Source: Escherichia phage ALITA
Direction: 5' to 3' (one strand)
Sequence record: PP359570
Length of the DNA stretch: 64,000 bases
Position 1 is the first letter of the stretch. The number at the start of each line of letters is the position of its first letter. A program made the translations under genes and the position numbers. The notes beneath the pieces are model-generated. The model had not been told where the DNA came from, did no database searches, and saw only the letters and a list, made by a program, of their open reading frames with translations. Below, one piece after another: positions 38,624 through 48,481 of this stretch.

Positions 38624-40419
38624 AAATGTTTCTCCCTTTCTAGTACCTCTTGCATTTTACCTTTATTATAAGGGCGAGAGTTAGGGGCAGAAAGGTATCC
38701 TGACACTCTTCTGATTACAGATATAGATTCTTCCTCATGATTGCCACAACTTGGACACTCGAAGCCTTTAGCTGTTGCCTTAAATTCACCATGAAAACCA
38801 CATTTGAAACACTGATCTACAGGTTGGTTCACGCCAAAATAAGGAATTTTGTTGTAGGCATAATCTACAAGAGTTTCCAGTGCTTGCAAGTTATTTTTAA
38901 GGTTTGGTGTTTCTACATAACCTATGTTCCCACCGTTACTGATTTGTGCAAAACCTTCCTCATAATCCCACTTTTGGAACGGGGTAGTGTGCATCCACAC
39001 AGGTTGATGGAAAGAGTTTGTCAAGTAGTCACGATCAATAGAACCAGGATAGCGATCATTTAATGCTTTGGCAAATTTATAGCACAAGGATTCTGCTGGT
39101 GTTCCATACAAACTAAAAGCTAAACCAGAACGTTCTTTAAATGTGCCACAGATATCCTTCATATATTGAAGGATGTTTTTACCCATTGCTTTTGGATTGG
39201 TGTTACCTGGGTATAAAATCTCCATAGCTTCTGCTAAACCTACATAACCGATACTAATAGAGGCATAACCACCTTCAAATAGTTTACCAATCTCTTCATT
39301 AGCTTCTAGTCGAGCTAAAGCCCCTTCCATAAACAATGTAGGGTTTTGAGATGCTTTGGTATGTCTAATACGGTTAACACGTAGCATATGTGCCTTATAC
39401 GCCACCTCCATATGTTGTTCCAACAGTTCAGTAAATAAGATGCCCTTTTCACGGGACTCTGCTGCAATGATAGGTAAGTTTAAAGAAACTACGCCTAAGT
39501 TGAAACGACCATCATATTTTTCACCTTGCTCTGTTGCATAGTATGACAAGAAGCTACGGCAACCCATGCTTGTGACGCGACCATCTGAAGATCCTGTAAC
39601 TTCTTTATTTAAAGGTACAGAGATAAAATCAGGATAAATGCGTTCAGCACAACACTCCATTGCCAGTTGCTTCAAATCATAGTTTGGATCGCCAGCTTTC
39701 ATGTTAACACCATCTTCCAAGAAGAAGATAACTTTAGGAAACACAGGAGTTACCCTATCTTTTCCCAATCCTTGTTTGTGCACCATTAGGTAGTTTTTAG
39801 TGATCATTCTACCAAAAGCAGAGGTATCCAAACCTAAACTAATTGTTATAAAAGGTGACTGACCATTTACACTCATTAGAGTGTTCACCTGGTAGATTAA
39901 AGTTTGCATTGCATCATAGACCTGTTTATCTACCATACGCATAGCAATATCATAATCGCCAACATCGGCATATATTTTATTAAAACTTGCTTTAACGTAT
40001 TGACTAAGCCCAGTATCAACATGTGCACAAGTTTGTCCACCATATTGGCTAGAAGCTACTGCTTGAATAATTTGAGTTAGGACAGTAGTCGCTACACCGA
40101 TAGATTTTGGTTTTTCAATATGTGCATTACCAATACGGAAACCGTTCTCAAGCATATCTTGGTAATTTACCAGGCAACAATTAGTTAAAGGTGAGAGTAA
40201 ATAATCTAAATCGTGAATGTGACCATACCCACTTTTATGCCATTCTGCCAGATCTTCCGGTAAAATATGGGTCATTGCCATGTGCTTGCTTAGGATACCT
40301 GCTAGTAAGTCTCGGTGAGTATTAACAATCATTGCAGGTTTGTTTGCATTTTCACGAGTAAATTCTTCGGATGTTTGTTCGAGGAATCCGATTACATCCT
40401 CATATAGTTTTTGGGTCAT
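38620..40419 (-). CDS. nrdD: Anaerobic ribonucleoside-triphosphate reductase
   Basis: C-terminal zinc ribbon CFKCGF...CPSCGN and glycyl-radical motif RRVSGY; start set at ATG with SD GGAGG (MTQKLYEDV). Confidence 0.9.
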   Translation of the reverse strand: MTQKLYEDVIGFLEQTSEEFTRENANKPAMIVNTHRDLLAGILSKHMAMTHILPEDLAEWHKSGYGHIHDLDYLLSPLTNCCLVNYQDMLENGFRIGNAHIEKPKSIGVATTVLTQIIQAVASSQYGGQTCAHVDTGLSQYVKASFNKIYADVGDYDIAMRMVDKQVYDAMQTLIYQVNTLMSVNGQSPFITISLGLDTSAFGRMITKNYLMVHKQGLGKDRVTPVFPKVIFFLEDGVNMKAGDPNYDLKQLAMECCAERIYPDFISVPLNKEVTGSSDGRVTSMGCRSFLSYYATEQGEKYDGRFNLGVVSLNLPIIAAESREKGILFTELLEQHMEVAYKAHMLRVNRIRHTKASQNPTLFMEGALARLEANEEIGKLFEGGYASISIGYVGLAEAMEILYPGNTNPKAMGKNILQYMKDICGTFKERSGLAFSLYGTPAESLCYKFAKALNDRYPGSIDRDYLTNSFHQPVWMHTTPFQKWDYEEGFAQISNGGNIGYVETPNLKNNLQALETLVDYAYNKIPYFGVNQPVDQCFKCGFHGEFKATAKGFECPSCGNHEEESISVIRRVSGYLSAPNSRPYNKGKMQEVLEREKHF

Positions 40420-40436
40420 TAATCCTCCGTGGAAAA

Positions 40437-40460
40437 TAAAAGCCAGCATTAAGCTGGCTT
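40437..40460 (-). terminator. Hairpin terminator upstream of nrdD
   Basis: AAAAGCCAGC-ATTA-AGCTGGCTTT. Confidence 0.5.
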
Positions 40461-40508
40461 TAGGGTGGATCTTTATTTTAAATCTTTTTCGTAAGATTGT
40501 CCTTGATC

Positions 40509-41459
40509 TTAGTCAAGGTTTTTGGTAATACGTGTACAACCATCAGAAGTCAAACCGTCAACTTGAGTTTCCCAAGTGCCATGAATATTTCGGAACAATG
40601 TTGTTACACCTTTTGGTTCATTAATAATGATTGCCATAACAAGTTTAGGATCGATAACAGACATAATCTTTTCCTCAATACCCTCTGTAATAACATTATT
40701 ACGCACAATATTAATTACATCTTCTTGTACAGAAAGGGTACTTACGTTCTTAAGAGTATATACCTGCTGCGTAGTGTAAATGATACGAACATAACTTACA
40801 GAACGAGTAGGCACAGGTTTACGCGGTCGGCGAAAACGTGGTTTTGGTGAAGATTCAGTCTTACTTTCATTTTTTGAATAATACTCCTCAAACAGTTTAG
40901 TAAATGTTTTTACATCAACTACAAACCGATCTTTCCTATATGGAGAATTCTTATGTGCACCATTAATACCACTGTTTTCATCGAAGAAAGTAATGTTTTC
41001 TTCAGTTGAATATGTTAGATAATGGTCTGCATCTTTCCAATGTGGTTGTGGACAATGCGGATTACAAACGGAAAGCAGATAACTAATATCTTCTTCCGTT
41101 GCACTAGTATCCAGGAAACACGTATTATGCACAGTCAGTTCTACTTTTGCAACCATATCCATTTCTTTATCCTCGTTGGCAAGATATTCAGTACGAATAA
41201 TCTCCAGAAAACCTTCAGGTGTTACTTCCATAAATGTGTATTCAGGGTGAAGTTCCATATATTCAAATCCACAACCATCTAATTGCTGTAGGAAGTTAGG
41301 ATAGAAGAACAAATCATTAACACTGTGAATCAGATCATTGATTTCTGCTTCAGTTGTGTAACCAAAACTCTTGTGAATTGCTTCGTTAAGAATATGCAGG
41401 ATACCCATCTCTTCTGCTGCTTTTTTAACTTCCAGTTTATTAGCGTAAAATGCAATCAT
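40509..41459 (-). CDS. Hypothetical protein
   Basis: 316-aa ORF. Confidence 0.5.
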   Translation of the reverse strand: MIAFYANKLEVKKAAEEMGILHILNEAIHKSFGYTTEAEINDLIHSVNDLFFYPNFLQQLDGCGFEYMELHPEYTFMEVTPEGFLEIIRTEYLANEDKEMDMVAKVELTVHNTCFLDTSATEEDISYLLSVCNPHCPQPHWKDADHYLTYSTEENITFFDENSGINGAHKNSPYRKDRFVVDVKTFTKLFEEYYSKNESKTESSPKPRFRRPRKPVPTRSVSYVRIIYTTQQVYTLKNVSTLSVQEDVINIVRNNVITEGIEEKIMSVIDPKLVMAIIINEPKGVTTLFRNIHGTWETQVDGLTSDGCTRITKNLD

Positions 41460-41476
41460 TATGTTCTCCTTCTAAA

Positions 41477-41911
41477 TTAGTTTAAAATTTCTTTTGCAAT
41501 GGTAGAAGCAAGTTTTCCATCATATTGATTCGGATACTCTGCTTTAAGGTGTTTCATCATATCTGGCATTTTCTTGCCTGTCAAGGCAAATTCTTCAGCA
41601 ATAGCTCGAAGATCATCTTCAGATAGCATTTCTGGCAAATATTTTTCCAGAGTGGTGATATCACGCATAGCTCGCTCACACTTGCTAATGGAGGCATTAA
41701 CTTTCTTAAGCGAGTCTAGTTCCTCTTTAGCGTGTGCAATACCAATCTTAACAATGTTAATCATAATATCGTCTTCTGATTTGTTTAGATTTGCCTTTTG
41801 AGTACGAGCAAGGTCAAACTCACCAATAATATTAGTTAACAAAGCAAAAGCACCTTTATCGGTTGTACGTGCTAAGATACGATCTGCTTTCATTTGTGTC
41901 ACAATAGACAT
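41477..41911 (-). CDS. GatB/YqeY-domain protein
   Basis: 144 aa; alignable to B. subtilis YqeY (LEKYLPEMLSEDDLRAIA; YDGKLASTIAKEIL). Confidence 0.7.
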   Translation of the reverse strand: MSIVTQMKADRILARTTDKGAFALLTNIIGEFDLARTQKANLNKSEDDIMINIVKIGIAHAKEELDSLKKVNASISKCERAMRDITTLEKYLPEMLSEDDLRAIAEEFALTGKKMPDMMKHLKAEYPNQYDGKLASTIAKEILN

Positions 41912-41923
41912 TCTATTCTCCTC

Positions 41924-42496
41924 TTATTTGCTAATGCTTTGAATCTTATTTACAACACGGTTTATTGCCAGTGAAGCCCTAGGCTCCGCAATACCTGTTG
42001 CATAGATATAAGGATGACCTCTTGGAGACTCCCTCATACCGAATGAACCTAATTCTAAACCATATTTATCCTCTACGTCAACCCCAATATTAGTGGGTAC
42101 TAAATATGTTTTAACTCCATAATAAGTAGAGAAGAAACAGCGCATAGCGTTAGCATACTCTTCAATTGTAGCATCAGGGTAGAACTCAATCAACTCCAAT
42201 TTCAAGAAAATATTGAAATGAGTGTCATCTAAATTTTCTTCTGTACGGTAACATGGTGTTAGTGCCATATAAGGATTACCTGCTGCAAATTCAAAACCAT
42301 CCTTCTCCATTTGCAGGAAAGATTGTTCTGCACTGGCTACATAGTATTTACCGTTAGGATGCCCTAATGGGCGATCCTCTTTATTTTCTGGTAGTGTGTA
42401 CGCCAGTATATCAGCATCCACGAGATATGGAACTTCCAACATTTGTGCAAACCGACCATAGTAATCAATAGCTTGAGCTATTACTTCAACATTCAT
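41924..42496 (-). CDS. Class II aminoacyl-tRNA-synthetase-like catalytic-core fragment (function unknown)
   Basis: 190 aa; motif-2-like CYRTEENLDDTHFNIFLKLELIEF and motif-3-like GLELGSFGMRESPRG. Confidence 0.45.
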   Translation of the reverse strand: MNVEVIAQAIDYYGRFAQMLEVPYLVDADILAYTLPENKEDRPLGHPNGKYYVASAEQSFLQMEKDGFEFAAGNPYMALTPCYRTEENLDDTHFNIFLKLELIEFYPDATIEEYANAMRCFFSTYYGVKTYLVPTNIGVDVEDKYGLELGSFGMRESPRGHPYIYATGIAEPRASLAINRVVNKIQSISK

Positions 42497-42744
42497 GAGC
42501 GACCTCCATTGCGGAATGCACGTTTAGTAATGTTCGACATAGTGATCAAATCTTGAAGCGTCATATCAGGAAAATGCTGTTCAAGAACACCTTCAACAGC
42601 GCCTACAATATCTGATAACTCAATAAGTTGCATCAGCTTGCAATCTTGATCAATAGCATCCTGAAGTTCATAAAGCTCTTCTTGAATTTTAGCAATAGAA
42701 CCATATTCCTCTTTGCTAATCTCCTTCAAATGATACCCTGCCAC
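42493..42744 (-). CDS. MazG-like nucleotide pyrophosphohydrolase (small)
   Basis: 83 aa; EExxE-type acidic helices (EEYGSIAKIQEELYELQDAI). Confidence 0.45.
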   Translation of the reverse strand: MAGYHLKEISKEEYGSIAKIQEELYELQDAIDQDCKLMQLIELSDIVGAVEGVLEQHFPDMTLQDLITMSNITKRAFRNGGRS

Positions 42745-42754
42745 TTTAACCCCC

Positions 42755-45529
42755 TTAGTTTACCAGTTTATTTATATCTGGTAAAAGATTTATTTCACCT
42801 AAGAAATCACCTTCACCTTCCTCTAGCCAACTCTCATATGCTTGTGCATGATTATAGTTACCATCAAAAGAATCTGCAACAAATTTTTCTACAGTTTTTC
42901 GAGATGTGCCAGCACCAAATACACCAAGTTTAATACCATTGATCGGTAAAGTGGTGCTTGTGGGTACTTTCTCTGTTGCAACACGGTTGATATCTATAAT
43001 CTCCTGTACGGTTGTGTTCCATTGTAAGCATTTAACACAACGGGTATGCGCTACATACAGTAGGTTTCGCTCTGCCTCTTCCAGTCCTACCCATTCACCA
43101 GTCTTTTTATCATAGTTGGAAGGAAAATCATTAGCAACAATAACCTGATCCCACTCCAAACCTTTAGACTTGTGTGCTGTAGTCAGTGTGACTTTTGCTG
43201 TAGGAGAATTTCTATGCGTTCTAAGTGTATGTGCTATAGTGTTTGCCTTACCAGAAACTACGATGTTTAACAAGCGTTTAGCATCTGGATCAGCCTCTGC
43301 ACACTCAACAAATTCATCCCAGTCTGCGTAAGGTAATACAGTTTCATGTTTTACTTTCTCAATATCTCCTCTCCGAAGAGCATTAACACTATCTACCATA
43401 GAGATAAAATCCCTGGTATCTACGTTAATAATAATTTCTTCCCCATCTGCAATACGATCCATTGCCTCCATAAGCAAGGTTAAATTCTTGCGAAAGATGA
43501 TAGTGTAAGGTTTTGTATAGTCTACAACATCTGATTTGTAGCTACCTACTACAGTATCAAAGCCTTTACCAACCAAAGGATGACGCAAAGGTTCTTTATC
43601 GCTTAAAATCATATTGGCAATGTTTGCCACTTTGGGGCCAAAACGGAAGCAAGCAGTTAATGGAAGTTCTGCCCCATACTTAGCTGTTTCAATCATCATA
43701 TTAGAGCTACCTCTAAATTGATAAATGCAGTTGTGGCTAAGAATTTCATTGCCAAAGAAGTTAGCAGTATCCTCTACTTCAATATCATAATAGATACCCT
43801 CACTATCTACAATGTCCACAATCTCTTCTGCCGTTACAGTATCACCATCTTTTACCAACACAGACATGCCTTTAAACAAACCCGCTGCCGGAATTAAGTT
43901 ATATTTGGCACTGTTCACAGAGGACATGCATTCTTTTAAAGATGCAAACGGAACTATTTCAAGGATCTTTTGTGCAAAACTCAATGCTTCACGATAAGAA
44001 TTGAAATATTTACGTACACGGTAACGACCTTCCAATTTAGCAGCACTTACGCTTACACCTGCTTTAATCAGTGAAGAATAGATCGGCATTTCACTTTCTG
44101 TCCACTCAAAACTAACTTGTGTTCCTTTACAACCTTGTGCTCGCAAAGTCACTGTTAGCATTTTTCTTTCATCTACTGCACAATTGATGCTGTGCCAGTG
44201 TGGATAAGCAAAATGATAATCTTTATCCTCTAAAAGTTTAAAACCATTTTGTCCGAATTGTTCAAAGATGTTATTGATCCTTTCTTGATTAATGCCGCGT
44301 GAACTTGCTTCAAATACACAAGTAGGAATGCCATATTGTAAACTGTAAGCCATTTCTTTTTCCATAGCAGCTTCACGGTTTTCAACAATATCCAACACCC
44401 ATAATTTCTGTGCTTTTTCAGAACGTGTACGTTGCCCCAGTTTAGAAAAACCTTCTTTATCATCGAATTTGTTAGTGATCCCTACTCGGAAACCTAAATC
44501 TTTCCTCCACATTAGGTATACCACCATCTGATCATCTTTCAGAACATAGGATGAAGCCCAAATACGATGGTTATGTGTCATATCTAAAGTTTTACCTGTG
44601 GCAGTAATAATATTCCTACCTTTTGTACGTGTAGATAAAGTCTTATTTGTTACTTTTCTAAATGTAACTTTACCATTAGAATAAGACTCTACCTTATCAC
44701 CGATTTGCAGGTCTTTCATTGTAACCTGACCATTCTCGGTATTAAGTACCGTGTTTTCCGACACACATTGGAATTCATCGCCCACTACCACAATTTGTTT
44801 TGCAGATTTAGCATTTCGCAGAATAGACAAGAATGCAGGGTTAACATCCTGGAATTCATCACCAAAAATAATATCATAACCAAGATCAGCACCAGACAAT
44901 TCAAACAATTTTACATAGGTGTCATGCGTCATTAAAGTATCTGTGTTAGGATCGATGCGCTCTCGCCACAATTGTTTTGCATACTTAACTACTTCTGTAA
45001 TTAGTTTGTGTTCGTTAATACCTTTTCTTTTAATATCTGCAAGATGTACACTAGGAAAATGTTTACGGCTGATAAAAGGATCATCCGAAAATTCAAACTT
45101 ACCTACGGTTTGCTTGATCATTAAACCGATCATAGCACGAGTTAAAAGTGTTTTACCTCGTTTATCAATAAGATTATTAATCTTAAATTTCTTTGCTATC
45201 TCACTACCTGTACCTGCAACGTTAACATACTGTCCTTCTGGTCGTGACAGTTTTGCACGTAAACGATGATCCAGGAATTGATAGCAAATAGAATGCAATG
45301 TACGGCATTCTACATTTAGTGGCATCTTACGTCGTGCTTCTTCTGCCATGCTTTTATTGAAAGCTAAGTAAAGAATGCGATCTTCTGTACTGTTAGCCAG
45401 CAAATAAAGTGTTGACGTTTTGCCTGATCCAGATTTAGCTTGGATAGTTAAAAAGCGATGGTCTGGAAAAGCCTCCTTAATAGCTGTTTGCTCTTCTGTT
45501 GGAGTGAAGCTCAACTCTTTCTTAGCCAT
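42755..45529 (-). CDS. UvrD/Rep-family SF1 helicase interrupted by an intein
   Basis: Walker A AKSGSGKTS; motif II IFGDEFQDVN; motif III split as VVVGDEFQ | intein | CIYQFRGS; start set at ATG with SD (MAKKELS). Confidence 0.85.
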   Translation of the reverse strand: MAKKELSFTPTEEQTAIKEAFPDHRFLTIQAKSGSGKTSTLYLLANSTEDRILYLAFNKSMAEEARRKMPLNVECRTLHSICYQFLDHRLRAKLSRPEGQYVNVAGTGSEIAKKFKINNLIDKRGKTLLTRAMIGLMIKQTVGKFEFSDDPFISRKHFPSVHLADIKRKGINEHKLITEVVKYAKQLWRERIDPNTDTLMTHDTYVKLFELSGADLGYDIIFGDEFQDVNPAFLSILRNAKSAKQIVVVGDEFQCVSENTVLNTENGQVTMKDLQIGDKVESYSNGKVTFRKVTNKTLSTRTKGRNIITATGKTLDMTHNHRIWASSYVLKDDQMVVYLMWRKDLGFRVGITNKFDDKEGFSKLGQRTRSEKAQKLWVLDIVENREAAMEKEMAYSLQYGIPTCVFEASSRGINQERINNIFEQFGQNGFKLLEDKDYHFAYPHWHSINCAVDERKMLTVTLRAQGCKGTQVSFEWTESEMPIYSSLIKAGVSVSAAKLEGRYRVRKYFNSYREALSFAQKILEIVPFASLKECMSSVNSAKYNLIPAAGLFKGMSVLVKDGDTVTAEEIVDIVDSEGIYYDIEVEDTANFFGNEILSHNCIYQFRGSSNMMIETAKYGAELPLTACFRFGPKVANIANMILSDKEPLRHPLVGKGFDTVVGSYKSDVVDYTKPYTIIFRKNLTLLMEAMDRIADGEEIIINVDTRDFISMVDSVNALRRGDIEKVKHETVLPYADWDEFVECAEADPDAKRLLNIVVSGKANTIAHTLRTHRNSPTAKVTLTTAHKSKGLEWDQVIVANDFPSNYDKKTGEWVGLEEAERNLLYVAHTRCVKCLQWNTTVQEIIDINRVATEKVPTSTTLPINGIKLGVFGAGTSRKTVEKFVADSFDGNYNHAQAYESWLEEGEGDFLGEINLLPDINKLVN
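43730..44767 (-). mobile_element. Intein (~346 aa) inserted in helicase motif III, with a central putative homing-endonuclease region
   Basis: N-terminal Cys (CVSENTVL), block B TxxH (LDMTHNH), C-terminal ...FFGNEILSHN followed by extein Cys. Confidence 0.7.
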
Positions 45530-45530
45530 T

Positions 45531-46007
45531 TCAACCTCTCTTAATTTGTTTAACAAGCATAGGAACAAAGTCTCGTTTTAAAATTTGTTCAATAATATGA
45601 TCAGGTAGCTGTTGGAAATTATAATTAAAAGCTACTGTCTCACCTTTAGGCGTTTCTACCCGCACATATAACATGTTACGAAGTTTATCAACTTGTGCTG
45701 TATATTCTAAACCATGTAATTGATGTAATGCAAACATCAAATCATCAGTTTCAGTTTGGAATCTATCCCTTCCCTGCATCAAGGACAAGGAAAAAGGTAG
45801 ATTTTCCCTAAGAGCCACCTTCTTAGGAACTAGTGAAGGAAAATACTCACCAATAACTTCCTGTGTAAGCTGGATACACTCTTTTTCAAGTTGGTTTTGT
45901 TCCTTAAGTTCACAAACACTTTTTTGTAAAGTGTTAACCTCTTTTTGCAAAGCTGCTAGTTGAGCACTTAACTTTCTTTTTTGATTACGACCAAAACGTT
46001 TAGACAT
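45531..46007 (-). CDS. Hypothetical coiled-coil protein
   Basis: 158-aa ORF. Confidence 0.5.
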   Translation of the reverse strand: MSKRFGRNQKRKLSAQLAALQKEVNTLQKSVCELKEQNQLEKECIQLTQEVIGEYFPSLVPKKVALRENLPFSLSLMQGRDRFQTETDDLMFALHQLHGLEYTAQVDKLRNMLYVRVETPKGETVAFNYNFQQLPDHIIEQILKRDFVPMLVKQIKRG

Positions 46008-46015
46008 ATTTCCCC

Positions 46016-46531
46016 CTAGTAAAACCCTTTAACAATCTGTATTAACTCGGCACAACGGTTGACCAACTTTTCCTCATACAATACACGTTGTGGCATATGT
46101 TGTATAATATACTCCATTTGCTCATGCCATGTCCACTTTTCTTTTTTGTCTGGGATAACATCACTAGCACGAGAATTATCTTTTAATGTTTGTATAATCC
46201 AATTGCTTGGAAAGTGCTCTCCACCTTTCTTAAATGGTTTATAGTGGCCTAGAGTGAATTGAGAATCCCCTGTTAGAGCACCCAATTTATTTAGATGGAT
46301 AATCAAACTACGAAACACGTAGTATTCATAGATGTTATCCACCGTATAGCAAGCATAATATTTCAAGATGCCCTTATCTCGCGGATACTTACCAACATCC
46401 AGATTACACCAGTTGACATTTTCTGGATCATAGTTGTGTTCCTTAAGCCATATTTCTCTTTCATCAAAGTCTGGGTATATTACCGCCCTGCTTACAGAGT
46501 CAACAAGTGGAGATTGAGCATCAAAAAACAT
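46016..46531 (-). CDS. Hypothetical protein
   Basis: 171-aa ORF. Confidence 0.5.
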   Translation of the reverse strand: MFFDAQSPLVDSVSRAVIYPDFDEREIWLKEHNYDPENVNWCNLDVGKYPRDKGILKYYACYTVDNIYEYYVFRSLIIHLNKLGALTGDSQFTLGHYKPFKKGGEHFPSNWIIQTLKDNSRASDVIPDKKEKWTWHEQMEYIIQHMPQRVLYEEKLVNRCAELIQIVKGFY

Positions 46532-46552
46532 TATATTTTCCTTATTGGTTTA

Positions 46553-46915
46553 TTAAACGTTTTCTAAATCTTTTAAGGCATTACCCAACGTTAGAACAAT
46601 AACATCGTTTGCTGCCTCTTCCCCATTGATATTGGTGAAATTTGGTGTGACAAAAGTAACCATATAAAACTCGTCCACCTGGAAGACAGCAATAACACCA
46701 TCCATCTTAACATCTTGACGAAAGGAAAAACCAATCATCTTCTCTTGCAAAGGCATATCCCCTTCCTTCATTACTGCCAGGGAGTTTTCAGGAATGTTAT
46801 ATTTATCTGCTCCGATGTAGATGTACGTAATGTTATCTTTATCGTGATGATACAGGGTTGCTTTTTCCATATCTAAACCTGACAGATCAAATACGTTAAT
46901 TTCTTGTGTAGTCTT
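46553..46915 (-). CDS. Hypothetical protein
   Basis: Start moved to internal ATG to avoid overlap. Confidence 0.4.
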   Translation of the reverse strand, partial: KTTQEINVFDLSGLDMEKATLYHHDKDNITYIYIGADKYNIPENSLAVMKEGDMPLQEKMIGFSFRQDVKMDGVIAVFQVDEFYMVTFVTPNFTNINGEEAANDVIVLTLGNALKDLENV

Positions 46916-47282
46916 CATAAATATCCTCCCAAATCCAATAATCATCTGTGTAAGTAGGATGCCTTTTATCCCACTCTGTTCTAGCCCAAGCAACCGCTGC
47001 TACCAACACATCACCATGACAAGGTTGAGGTGAGCAGAAGCAAACTAAATCTTTCCCTTCTAATTCTAACAAATCTTCAAGAGTGATTTTACCACAACGA
47101 ATTTGCTCCCACAACCACTCTTTATATCTTTGTATAGTTGATCCTCGTGGTTCATCATCCTTTAACTTAAAAGGATTTGCAAACTTTGAGGCTTTTAACC
47201 CCATATGAGGCATAGCTCTGCCAATGTACACTGCACCTTCAGGTATTACTTTACCTAAATGGTAGAAATTTAATACTTTCAT
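46896..47282 (-). CDS. DUF4326-like protein
   Basis: Start at ATG (MKVLNF...) one nt after upstream stop; motifs VYIGR, ANPF, LVCFCSPQPCHGDVL. Confidence 0.5.
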   Translation of the reverse strand: MKVLNFYHLGKVIPEGAVYIGRAMPHMGLKASKFANPFKLKDDEPRGSTIQRYKEWLWEQIRCGKITLEDLLELEGKDLVCFCSPQPCHGDVLVAAVAWARTEWDKRHPTYTDDYWIWEDIYEDYTRN

Positions 47283-47283
47283 A

Positions 47284-47634
47284 TTAACCCAAACACATCT
47301 GTGCAATCAAGCCCTGTATAAATTTATTAGCTTCTTTACTGTCGTAATCAGTTTCTTCTGGATATCCATCTTCATCGTACACAACTGTACCTTCAATATA
47401 CCCTGCCTCAATTAAGGCACGGATCATATCAAATTGCCAGCATGAGTTACCAAATGGACGTTTACCATTAAAACACTCTTCTTCTCTCCATAACGTAGAG
47501 AGTAGTTGTCGGAAATATTCCCGTACAGTGACAGTACCAAGATCTGAATCCTCAAACATAACATCCAGGGCATCAGGATTGCTTTTCTCTACATAAGGAA
47601 TATATTTAACACCATTAATAGTTACATCAAGCAT
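47284..47634 (-). CDS. Hypothetical protein
   Basis: 116-aa ORF. Confidence 0.5.
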   Translation of the reverse strand: MLDVTINGVKYIPYVEKSNPDALDVMFEDSDLGTVTVREYFRQLLSTLWREEECFNGKRPFGNSCWQFDMIRALIEAGYIEGTVVYDEDGYPEETDYDSKEANKFIQGLIAQMCLG

Positions 47635-47997
47635 TTATTTCTCCTTATCATCATATTCTAGGAACATATCTGCACGATATGCTTTACGCTCTTCAAACTT
47701 AGCAGGATCTACAACAATAAGCAATACAAGGTTAACATCTAAATACTTCTTAACAAATAGAAATAAATCTTTTCCACAGTTAAAACCTACACCAGTATAG
47801 GCATCCCCATATTGATCTACTGATTTAATCTTCTTACTAACCGTACATTCTATGCTATTCTTTTCTTCTTGGTATAAGGCTTTCCCACCCCAATATGTAA
47901 AGAATTTAGTACCGTCAGCACCAAGTTTAAAACCTTCTGTTGCATGCCCAGCAAATGAAAGTAAACATAACCAAGTGATCATCAGGTACTTTAGCAT
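47635..47997 (-). CDS. Secreted/periplasmic hypothetical protein
   Basis: Start at MLKYLMITW with SD GGTGG; signal-peptide-like N-terminus ending AGHA. Confidence 0.45.
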   Translation of the reverse strand: MLKYLMITWLCLLSFAGHATEGFKLGADGTKFFTYWGGKALYQEEKNSIECTVSKKIKSVDQYGDAYTGVGFNCGKDLFLFVKKYLDVNLVLLIVVDPAKFEERKAYRADMFLEYDDKEK

Positions 47998-47998
47998 T

Positions 47999-48481
47999 TT
48001 AACCACCCAATTGCAAATGTTTAGAAAGAACAATATCCCACTGATCACCACAACCGTTATCTATGCGGAACATAATGTACGTATCATCTTCTTCTACAAC
48101 ATATAACACCTCATAGGAATTACAACAGCCTTCCCAATTTTTAACAGCCTCTGGTGTGTCATGTGTAAAAATTTCATTACCATCATACGACCAAAACAAA
48201 GGGGTGAGGTTTTCGAACGTCAGTGAAGTAGGGTTCACTTCATCTTTAACTGCTTCCTCATACTCCTTATGCGTTTGTACTGCTTTAGTTAGTGTACTCA
48301 TGTCTATCTCCTTTTCTCCTTCTTGACTATGGAGGATAGCGAACTCTCTAAACTCCACTTCACGCCATGTTTTTAGGTAGTGCTTTATAATTTTATCAAC
48401 ATCTGCCTGTTCAACATTACTTTTCAAGCAATAGTAATCATGGTCTTCGCCCATTCTACCCCATATGCTATACCTTGTCAT
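47999..48481 (-). CDS. Hypothetical protein
   Basis: 160-aa ORF. Confidence 0.5.
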   Translation of the reverse strand: MTRYSIWGRMGEDHDYYCLKSNVEQADVDKIIKHYLKTWREVEFREFAILHSQEGEKEIDMSTLTKAVQTHKEYEEAVKDEVNPTSLTFENLTPLFWSYDGNEIFTHDTPEAVKNWEGCCNSYEVLYVVEEDDTYIMFRIDNGCGDQWDIVLSKHLQLGG

